Positions 19,805 to 26,848 of a DNA stretch of 64,000 bases are shown here, in pieces. The stretch's first letter is position 1. Every line of letters starts with the position of its first letter. The position numbers and the translations under genes were made by a program. This DNA comes from Verrucomicrobiia bacterium (GTDB lineage: Bacteria; Verrucomicrobiota; Verrucomicrobiia; Limisphaerales; JADLHS01), in contig JAMLJH010000002.1 in the NCBI GenBank assembly GCA_023953615.1, forward strand, positions 396,592 to 460,591. The letters run 5' to 3'. The notes under the pieces were generated by a model. It was not told where the DNA came from and ran no database searches. It saw only the letters and a program-made list of their open reading frames with translations.

Positions 19805-20158
19805 TCTGTCCTGTTTCAGGTTTGGAACCGGGTGGCATGATGAGCGGATTCAGCGGGAAGAGCAATCTTCTGTTCGCGGTAAACGGAATAATTTCCTCGG
19901 CATTGATCGTTGTCATCAAGGTCTTGATCAGCGCGCCGCCATCCGGAGCGGGGGATCACGCCACCTACAAACGCGAATGGGCGGGCCGGGCCGAAGCGCA
20001 GAGTTCAGTTATTGTCGAGAACGATTTGAGACGGTTGGCCTTGTGGCCTGGTCCGCGTCTCCCGGGTGGTCACGGTAACGCGCGTTTTCATAAACATCAT
20101 TGGGAGAATCCTGCGGCGTCCGCCTCACGTTTTATGGAGCCTCGGAGGTTAGCCGACT

Positions 20159-21190
20159 TCATCCCGCCCAGTTGAAGTTCACGAATTGGAATACGGCCCA
20201 CGCCTGTAACAGGGCCATCAAAATCACATAGTACCAAAACATCCAACGCGGCCCTTTGGTCAATAGTTGCGCCATGACGACGAAGAGCGGAAACAGCATC
20301 ATGATATAGCGCCGGTAGGACATGAAATAACTGGTCAGCGGCGGAATCAAGCCACCGGGCAGCACATACCAAAACCACAGCCGATTGCGCTTCCACACCA
20401 GCGGCAGCAACGCGAGGAATAACAGGAAAAACCCCCGATCCAGCGCCGCATCCATCATCCCGTCCAGGGTTTGCAGGTTGGTGAACGCGCTCCAGAACGC
20501 CGGTAGATCGAACATGTTCGCAATCGAAGGGGAATACGGATAATGCTTTTGCGCGGCGAATCCCTCGAACGCATTGCCGGTCCAGAGATACATGAGTCCA
20601 AAATACGCGGCATAGCCGCCGAGGGGCGCCAGCAACAACCACGGCGCCGAACCGACCGTCCGGGGCGCGGCAACTTGAGGCGCTACCGATGGCGGCGTTG
20701 GAGTCGAATTGTTTCCGTTCTTCGAACGCCGTCGGGTGGTGATGATTTGGTGCAGTTGATTTAAGCGGGCGCGAAGGGTTGGCCAGGCTGGCCAGCCGCG
20801 TTCCCAGAAAAAGTAGGCGAGCGGCAGCAGGATGAAGATGCCCACTGGCCGCGCCAAGGGCAGCAGCACCCCGGCGACAACCACCCAAGTCCATCGCCGC
20901 AACTCCAAGCCCCAGAAGAACGCCATCAAAAGTACCAGGAAGAGCGATTCGCTGTAGGGAAACGAAAAGAACAGCGCGCCGGGAAACGCGAGCAGCAGGA
21001 TCAAGGCGTTACGCGCCGGGATTTCTCCGCACTGTCGGACCATCAACCGGTAGAGCAGGAGCAGGCCAATGAGCGACAACGCGTTGGCCAGCGACATGGC
21101 CATGAGCACAGGATGTCCGCTGAATAGAAGAACGCCGCCGACGCTACAACCCCCGGATGCGCACCCGACCAAGTTACCACGTTGCTGCAA
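20159..21190 (-). CDS. C-terminal ~325-aa portion of a PIG-V/GT-C-like integral membrane glycosyltransferase (split gene)
   Basis: Polytopic membrane ORF. Homology-like sequence begins near LLFSGHPVLMAMSLANALSLIGLLLLYRL and is the logical continuation of the 22071-22433 fragment. Confidence 0.55.
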   Translation of the reverse strand: MQQRGNLVGCASGGCSVGGVLLFSGHPVLMAMSLANALSLIGLLLLYRLMVRQCGEIPARNALILLLAFPGALFFSFPYSESLFLVLLMAFFWGLELRRWTWVVVAGVLLPLARPVGIFILLPLAYFFWERGWPAWPTLRARLNQLHQIITTRRRSKNGNNSTPTPPSVAPQVAAPRTVGSAPWLLLAPLGGYAAYFGLMYLWTGNAFEGFAAQKHYPYSPSIANMFDLPAFWSAFTNLQTLDGMMDAALDRGFFLLFLALLPLVWKRNRLWFWYVLPGGLIPPLTSYFMSYRRYIMMLFPLFVVMAQLLTKGPRWMFWYYVILMALLQAWAVFQFVNFNWAG

Positions 21191-22284
21191 AAATAGGCCT
21201 TCGGATCGGATCTTGGGTTACTCCATGGCGCGGGCAAATCCGAAAGTCTTAAATCGGTTTCTCGGGAGAGGACGAAGAACCACCAAGGAAGGCTCGCTGC
21301 GGGAGTGTGGAGAGGAAAGCTCCAGGGGTCGATAATCCCCACTTGCATGCGGGCGTTGACATTGGTGGCGCCACGAGCAACCCGCACTGGAGCAGTATTT
21401 GTCGCGGAAATGACTGTGAATGTCGTGTTTCCGTCGGATGTAATGCTCAGTGATTCCGAACCGGCTTGTTCCGTAATCAGCTGCCAGCGAGAACCGTCCC
21501 GCACGACCCGGAATTTGCTGAGTCCGTGGTTTATCGGGTGGCCCTGAGGAGAGTAATAATCCGCAGCGATCTCACCTGAGATTTGGATGGCTGCGCAAGC
21601 GTTCCCTGAGGGCAGGCTGGCCAGGCCCACCACTAAGGAAATTAACACTAACGGATACGGAGCCCGCGCCAAAGCACGTTTAGAATGGTGACCAAGAGCC
21701 AGTAACGTCAACGCCATCCCCGTTAACCCTAGCCAGATCACGAATGTAATTGCGTTCTCGTTGCGCCCAGCAGAGCCTACTAATGTTCCTAGTACTCCCA
21801 AGCAGTGGCAGCTGCTGCGCGGCGAAAAGAGCATCACCCCGGCGCGGTATATTGCGATCACCGCGCAAAGCCAGATCAGCCAGAGACCTGCCATGCGAGG
21901 TAGCCGAAAACCGGCAATGTTCGTAAACTTGGTAAAGTGTATTGAGGTGCTTACAAAGCCATCGGGGAATTCGGCGAGCCTCCGGGTTTCTTCCTTTAAT
22001 CTTTCCGGATCCAGTGCAGAGACCCGCAGAAATGGAGATGCCTTCCAGTTGCTTCTGAGCGCGCTTTGGATCACGAGATCGCAGAACAGGTCCGCCCCAT
22101 TTTTACCGGAAAACGAGTAACGCGCTTCGGTGACCAGAGCCAGCGCCTCAGATACGGCCAGAGCGGATAGAAGGCGCACGAGGGCGAACCCGATTGGTAG
22201 CCCACCTCGCTTAAGAACAGATAATGCGCGCCGTCCCAGGTCGCAAAATGAGTGGCCAGCGTGGGCGGGCCTTCGCGCGGCCAA
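21043..22284 (-). CDS. Hypothetical membrane protein encoded by the ~1 kb insert that splits the glycosyltransferase gene
   Basis: 413-aa ORF open across the whole insert. It has three TM segments starting at the internal ATG 21894 (MAGLWLIWLC...), then a beta-rich soluble domain. It is visibly more AT-rich than its flanks, both ends overlap the split fragments in other frames, and the start is uncertain. Confidence 0.45.
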   Translation of the reverse strand: MAARRPAHAGHSFCDLGRRALSVLKRGGLPIGFALVRLLSALAVSEALALVTEARYSFSGKNGADLFCDLVIQSALRSNWKASPFLRVSALDPERLKEETRRLAEFPDGFVSTSIHFTKFTNIAGFRLPRMAGLWLIWLCAVIAIYRAGVMLFSPRSSCHCLGVLGTLVGSAGRNENAITFVIWLGLTGMALTLLALGHHSKRALARAPYPLVLISLVVGLASLPSGNACAAIQISGEIAADYYSPQGHPINHGLSKFRVVRDGSRWQLITEQAGSESLSITSDGNTTFTVISATNTAPVRVARGATNVNARMQVGIIDPWSFPLHTPAASLPWWFFVLSRETDLRLSDLPAPWSNPRSDPKAYFCSNVVTWSGAHPGVVASAAFFYSADILCSWPCRWPTRCRSLACSCSTG

Positions 22285-22433
22285 TGCAGGTCACGCTGAT
22301 ATTCAGCTTCATTAAGATTGGGGAAATAGGTGATGGCGATCAGCGCGATGAGAAACGTGACCGCTTTGAAGCCCAGCACGATTCCCAGCCATTTTCGTCG
22401 GCTCGCAGTCCAAAAAGGTGGCGCGCTATTCAT
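22071..22433 (-). CDS. N-terminal ~120-aa portion of the PIG-V/GT-C-like glycosyltransferase (split gene)
   Basis: WDGAHYLFLSEVGYQ...AFYPLWPYL resembles the Mannosyl_trans2/PIG-V N-terminus. The ATG at 22433 overlaps the stop of the upstream prepilin-like gene (ATGA). Confidence 0.5.
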   Translation of the reverse strand: MNSAPPFWTASRRKWLGIVLGFKAVTFLIALIAITYFPNLNEAEYQRDLHWPREGPPTLATHFATWDGAHYLFLSEVGYQSGSPSCAFYPLWPYLRRWLWSPKRVTRFPVKMGRTCSAIS

Positions 22434-23212
22434 GGGGTGGTTGGGCGCCAGGTGGCGTGTTGTTGCAACCAGAGCACGTCCGCGTTGCCGGGCATTACGG
22501 CGTCGTCGCGTGGCGCGTTGAGGGTGCGCGCGTCGCGCCAACGGTGATTTTCCGCGTGACCGTCGGCGAAACTGACATTGCCGCTGCCCGTGTGCAACGT
22601 CTCCGGTTTGTCGCGCAACGTCCAGTTCGCGCTGGCGTTTGCGTCAAAATCTCTCTGCAAACCAAAAGCGCCATCGTTGATCGTCTCCACCTTTTCTTCC
22701 AGGAACGTCAGCGCCAGGGCGGGCGTCAGTCCGGTCAGGCCGCTCAACTTTCGGTACGTGGTGGCGGGCGGTTGTTGTCCGGGAGACCCCATGAAACCAT
22801 TGAGCGACACCGTCCGCACGCGGGGTTGGGTGACGCCCGCGACGGTGACCGGCCTGGCGGCGGGGCAACGCCATAATTCCACCCGGCCTCCCAGATAACG
22901 TCCCACCAGACTGCGCTGCAAATAAGTCGTGTTGGTGCAATCCGGTCCGGGCAACCCGAGCCAGCCTTCCACCCAGGTTTGTCCGAGCGGAACGTTTTGT
23001 CCGTCCTGATTGGGCGGCAGATGATCGTTGAAATCGCCGGCGTAAAGTTGCAGGGCGGTGGCAAATTGTTTGAGGTTCGAGAGGCAGTTGATCTGCCGGG
23101 CCCGCGCCTTGGCCCGGCTCAACGCGGGGAACAGCAACGCCGCGAGAATGCCGATGATCGCCATCGTCACCAGTAGTTCCAACAGAGTGAACGCGCGCCC
23201 GATCGTTTTCAT
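22430..23212 (-). CDS. Prepilin-type N-terminal cleavage/methylation protein, H-X9-DG (DUF1559-like) family
   Basis: GRAFTLLELLVTMAIIGILAALLFPAL N-terminus and the C-terminal SFADGHAENHRW motif. Confidence 0.85.
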   Translation of the reverse strand: MKTIGRAFTLLELLVTMAIIGILAALLFPALSRAKARARQINCLSNLKQFATALQLYAGDFNDHLPPNQDGQNVPLGQTWVEGWLGLPGPDCTNTTYLQRSLVGRYLGGRVELWRCPAARPVTVAGVTQPRVRTVSLNGFMGSPGQQPPATTYRKLSGLTGLTPALALTFLEEKVETINDGAFGLQRDFDANASANWTLRDKPETLHTGSGNVSFADGHAENHRWRDARTLNAPRDDAVMPGNADVLWLQQHATWRPTTP

Positions 23213-23585
23213 ATCAAGCCTTTGGATTGAATGATATGCGCTCCGGCAACCGGTCCGGGGCGGGCGCCAAGCTGACGGATGGCGGAATCAATTTATCTGG
23301 CAACGGCTCGATCCAGGCCGCTGCCGGGCAGGTTTCGGTTTTGACGTGCGAGGTCATCATACCGGCTTTCGTTTACCCGTGGCGGTTGTGGCTTGTGCCG
23401 GGAACAGCACACGAACGGGGAAACGACGCAACCTTTATCGCACAGGGTTCAGTTATTGTCGAGAACGGTTTCGGGATTTTGAAAATTACCTGGTCCGAGG
23501 TGAATGAAGCTTATCCCGATGGCGGCTCGGTGGTGTCGGCCCAGCATCGCTACGAACTATCGAGACGGTGGTTTGTCGTGGTGGC

Positions 23586-24350
23586 TCAGGTGCCGGCGGC
23601 CACGATGACTTCGATGCCTTGAGCGCGCAATTGCGTTACCAAGTCGCTCGGAGCTTGGTGATCGGTGACGATGGTGTGGATGCGGGCCAGATCGCTGAGC
23701 GACGATACCGAGCGTCGTCCGAATTTGGTGTGATCGAGGCACATGATCACTTTGGCCGCCGCGCGCATCATGGCGCGTTGAATATCAATCAATAAACCGT
23801 GTGAGTTGGTTAATCCATCCGGGGTGATGCCGCCCGCGCTCATGATTGCCACGTCCGCGTGAATCTTGGCAAAAGCTTCCACGGCGAGTGGTCCGACCAA
23901 CACGCCGAGGCGCGGATAAATCACGCCGCCACTTACCACGAGTTCCACTTTGCCCGCGGCCGAGTAGAGGTTGGCAACCGGCAGGGAATTGGTCACGATC
24001 TGCGGAGATTTGTCTTCCAGATACTTGGCGACGCAGAAGGTGGTGGTGCCGGCGTCAACGATGACACTTTGGTTGGGTTTGATCAGTTCGGCACAGGCGC
24101 GGCCGATGGCTTCCTTGGCTTCCAACTGATAGGTCTCCCGCGTGGAGAAGGTAAATTCGTCCGACTTGGGCACAATAATCCGCGCGCCGCCATGGGTGCG
24201 CTTCACCGTGCCCGCCGTTTCGAGCGCCGTCAGGTCGCGGCGCACGGTGGATACGGACGAGCCGACGTATTTTGCCAAATCTTCCAATGCGGCAAACTCG
24301 ACCTCTTGCAGGTAGGCTTCCAGACGGTGTTTTCGCTCTTCTGCCGTCAT
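23586..24350 (-). CDS. DeoR family transcriptional regulator
   Basis: HTH segment (LEDLAKYVGSSVSTVRRDLTALE) plus a DeoR C-terminal sugar-binding domain. It is divergent from the BMC operon, with ATG at 24350. Confidence 0.9.
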   Translation of the reverse strand: MTAEERKHRLEAYLQEVEFAALEDLAKYVGSSVSTVRRDLTALETAGTVKRTHGGARIIVPKSDEFTFSTRETYQLEAKEAIGRACAELIKPNQSVIVDAGTTTFCVAKYLEDKSPQIVTNSLPVANLYSAAGKVELVVSGGVIYPRLGVLVGPLAVEAFAKIHADVAIMSAGGITPDGLTNSHGLLIDIQRAMMRAAAKVIMCLDHTKFGRRSVSSLSDLARIHTIVTDHQAPSDLVTQLRAQGIEVIVAAGT

Positions 24351-24397
24351 TTTGAAGTGTATCGTGATAGATGTTGGAAGATTTTGCAAGATTTTAG

Positions 24398-24425
24398 TTG
24401 ACGGTTGATTAAAAATAATCAGAAT
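24398..24425 (+). promoter_or_regulatory. Candidate BMC-operon promoter (TTGACG-N16-CAGAAT) with an embedded palindrome TGATTA-N4-TAATCA
   Basis: The palindrome at 24406-24421 lies inside the promoter spacer in the deoR/pduL divergent region. This is a candidate DeoR operator. Confidence 0.4.
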
Positions 24426-24426
24426 A

Positions 24427-25113
24427 GTGCAAGTTATGGCTGTTGCTGCCCCTGTGCCTCATCGAGCAGTTATCGAACACATGGTTCGTCAGGCGGTTTA
24501 TTCGCGCCTGGGTAAACCACTTCCCCGGATGGCGACCGCTCCTCACCCGCTCGTGGTCAACATCAGCGCGCGGCATTGTCATCTCACTGAAGCGGCGGTG
24601 GAACAGTTGTTTGGCAAAGGGCATAAACTTACGGTTCATAAATGGCTCTATCAGGAAGGGCAGTTTGCCGCGAAGGAGACGGTGACCTTGATCGGGCCGC
24701 GCAGTCGGGTGATTTCCAATCTGCGCATCCTCGGTCCGTGCCGGAGTCTGAATCAGGTGGAGCTATCTTACACGGATGCAATCGCGCTGGGGTTTGAGAT
24801 TCCGCTGCGGTTATCCGGAAACATTGACGGCACTCCGGGTGCGATGTTGATGGGGCCGGCCGGTTTTTTTGAGATGGACCAGGGCATCATTCGCGCGTTG
24901 CGGCACGTTCACATGAGTCCGGTGGATGCGGAATTTTACGGGGTGAAGAATGGCGGCGCGATGAAGTTGAAGATTGGCGGAGATTGCGGGATCACGTTGG
25001 ACAAGATGTTGTGCCGCGTGGACCCGAGTTTCAAACTCGAGGTTCACATTGACACCGATGAAGGCAATGCCTGCAACCTGCAGCCCGGTACGCCGGTGGA
25101 ACTGCTGAAATAG
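24427..25113 (+). CDS. pduL: Phosphate acyltransferase PduL
   Basis: Duplicated PduL fold (NISARHCHL..., RHVHMSP..., HIDTDEGNA) and an N-terminal amphipathic helix (AVIEHMVRQAVYSRL) resembling an encapsulation peptide. The ATG at 24436 is a possible start. Confidence 0.9.
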   Translation: MQVMAVAAPVPHRAVIEHMVRQAVYSRLGKPLPRMATAPHPLVVNISARHCHLTEAAVEQLFGKGHKLTVHKWLYQEGQFAAKETVTLIGPRSRVISNLRILGPCRSLNQVELSYTDAIALGFEIPLRLSGNIDGTPGAMLMGPAGFFEMDQGIIRALRHVHMSPVDAEFYGVKNGGAMKLKIGGDCGITLDKMLCRVDPSFKLEVHIDTDEGNACNLQPGTPVELLK

Positions 25114-25139
25114 AATTTAAGCGCAGAAATTACAGAAAA

Positions 25140-25868
25140 ATGAAATTCCAAAGGGACCAGGCTTTTGATGTTCAATTCGATAGAATTGAAGGTCTTCGCT
25201 GGTACCCTTATGTGGGGAAGAACTTCGCCAAAAGCGAGGCGCGGATAATGATTTTTGCGCACAATATCCCCATACCTGCAAAGGACTACGACGCCAAGTT
25301 GGAGGAATGGAAAGCGAAAGACGCTTGGGCAACGTCCGAGACGATTGAAGAATATACCTATTGTCGTGGATGGTGGACGAAAACCTTCCGAGCTTTTCTG
25401 AAGGGAGCGGTTGGGTTGCAGAAAGATTTTGACGAGCAGTCGGATGTTGAAATCCTCAATAAAGTCGAATCGTTTATCAAACGGATCTCTTACGCCAACT
25501 TTATTCAAGGTTTGGTCAAGAGCGAAACACAAATTGCAATAGCCAAGCCAGAACAAATTGAGTTGAGTATAAAAGTTAACCGTGAAATTCTCAAAGTTCT
25601 TGGCGTCACTCACTGTATCTGTTGGGGCAAACCTGTTTACGAATATGTTCAGAGAATGGAAGGCTTCAGACTACTTTCCAAAACCGCCCTCGAAAAAAGC
25701 GGCTTTTCATCTTGTTCGCTCGATGTTGGTAATGGAATCGTGATGCGATGTCTGCGCGTTTATCATCCATCCATGCCTGGGTTCAGCCCGTTTAGGGTCG
25801 AGACCCAGTCAATCATTTCAAATTTTTTATCAATCAAAGCCTCCAATCCAATGCAACTGGCTACATAA
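25140..25868 (+). CDS. Hypothetical protein with weak uracil-DNA-glycosylase-superfamily-like motif order
   Basis: 242 aa in an AT-rich insert. Motif order is RIMIFAHNIP / YANFIQGLVK / VYHPSMPGF, which resembles UDG-fold families. This is a by-eye call only. Confidence 0.3.
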   Translation: MKFQRDQAFDVQFDRIEGLRWYPYVGKNFAKSEARIMIFAHNIPIPAKDYDAKLEEWKAKDAWATSETIEEYTYCRGWWTKTFRAFLKGAVGLQKDFDEQSDVEILNKVESFIKRISYANFIQGLVKSETQIAIAKPEQIELSIKVNREILKVLGVTHCICWGKPVYEYVQRMEGFRLLSKTALEKSGFSSCSLDVGNGIVMRCLRVYHPSMPGFSPFRVETQSIISNFLSIKASNPMQLAT

Positions 25869-25883
25869 CGGCCAAGAATAATT

Positions 25884-26132
25884 ATGAGGTACTATTGTCG
25901 ATATTGCGGTTCATCCTTTGCGAGCGTCTCTGCTCTAACCGCTAACACGTGTCATCGTCATCCAGACGGCGCAGCCAAGGGAAAGCATGCTTTATACGAG
26001 GGCGGCGAAAAGAAGCAATACACTTGCAAATTTTGTGGTTCAAATTTCTCGAGCCTATCGCTATTGACGATAAATACGTGTTACCGTCACCCAAATGGCA
26101 GCGGCAAAGGTAAACACGAAGCTGCATTGTGA
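25884..26132 (+). CDS. Small tandem Cys/His finger protein (2 repeats)
   Basis: 82 aa with two copies of Y-x-C-x2-C-G-S-x-F-x-S-x-S-x-L-T-x-N-T-C-x-R-H-P-[DN]-G-x2-K-G-K-H. Confidence 0.6.
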   Translation: MRYYCRYCGSSFASVSALTANTCHRHPDGAAKGKHALYEGGEKKQYTCKFCGSNFSSLSLLTINTCYRHPNGSGKGKHEAAL

Positions 26133-26176
26133 TTTTTTATTTAACCGTCAATTAACACCCAAACAGGAAAAAACAA

Positions 26177-26464
26177 ATGAGTGAAGCATTAGGAATGATT
26201 GAAACCAAAGGCTACGTTGGCAGCGTGGAAGCCAGCGACGCCATGGTCAAGGCGGCCAACGTCACGTTGGTCAAAACGGTGCCCATCGGCGGCGGACTGA
26301 TTACCGTCCTCGCCAAGGGCGATGTCGGCAGCGTCAAAGCGGCGGTGGATGCCGGATCCAAGGCGGCGGCCAAGGTGGGCGAGCTGATCAGTTCCCACAT
26401 CATTGCGCGGCCGCACGAGGATTTGTTAAAGGCGTTCGTCAATAGCGGAGTCGCCGCCAAGTAA
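26177..26464 (+). CDS. BMC-H shell protein (PduA/EutM-type, PF00936-like)
   Basis: [27 protein letters not shown]...HIIARPH. Confidence 0.93.
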   Translation: MSEALGMIETKGYVGSVEASDAMVKAANVTLVKTVPIGGGLITVLAKGDVGSVKAAVDAGSKAAAKVGELISSHIIARPHEDLLKAFVNSGVAAK

Positions 26465-26490
26465 CCAGTTTAACCACAACCGAAACCATT

Positions 26491-26769
26491 ATGGCACAAC
26501 AAGCAGTTGGAATGATTGAATGTAAAGGGCTTTGCGCGCTCATGGAAGCGTGCGATGCCGCACTCAAGGCCGCGAATGTCACCATGACCGGCTGGGAAAA
26601 AGTCGGCAGCGGTTACGTGACCGGATTTTTCCGGGGCGACGTCGCCGCCGTGAAAGCCGCCACCGATGCCGGCGCCGCCGCCGCCGCGCAAGTGGGGCAG
26701 GTGATCAGCGTCCAGGTGATTCCGCGGCCGCACGATGATCTGGGAATTTTGGGCAAATGGCTGCAATAA
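26491..26769 (+). CDS. BMC-H shell protein
   Basis: [27 protein letters not shown]...VIPRPH. Confidence 0.92.
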   Translation: MAQQAVGMIECKGLCALMEACDAALKAANVTMTGWEKVGSGYVTGFFRGDVAAVKAATDAGAAAAAQVGQVISVQVIPRPHDDLGILGKWLQ

Positions 26770-26848
26770 ATGCGGAACGCGGAATTCGGAGTGCGGAATT
26801 AGCTGCGCGCCGAGTTCATTCCGCACTCCGCAATCTGCACTCCGCATT
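26769..26848 (+). repeat. Compound palindromic element filling the BMC-H/ackA gap
   Basis: Perfect 13-bp stem (26787-26799 with 26818-26830) plus an outer 8-bp stem (26769-26776 with 26841-26848). It runs from the shell-gene stop codon to the nucleotide before the ackA GTG. Confidence 0.75.

Noticed and set aside
19822-20175. ORFs 19822-20175(+) and 23227-23622(+), which share the peptide (Q)[SG]SVIVEN.
   Set aside because: The shared peptide is just the translation of the conserved 32-nt DNA motif. Both ORFs sit in intergenic leaders with no other coding signal.
22149-22179. Frame-B peptide VRLLSALAV, which looks like the expected continuation of AFYPLWPYL and would suggest a simple frameshift.
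   Set aside because: Both peptides are encoded by the same nucleotides (22149-22179) in different frames, so one cannot follow the other. The resemblance is coincidental.
21043-22284. Intein or group II intron as an explanation for the split glycosyltransferase.
   Set aside because: The three segments are in three different reading frames, which rules out an in-frame intein. I saw no intron-type RNA domain signature or reverse transcriptase or maturase ORF.
25114-26176. Possible direct repeat flanking the first AT-rich insert (acagaaaaATGa at 25130 versus acaggaaaaaacaaATGa at 26163).
   Set aside because: The similarity is limited to an A-rich RBS-like stretch. It is too short and low-complexity to call a duplication, unlike the 32-nt and 104-nt cases.
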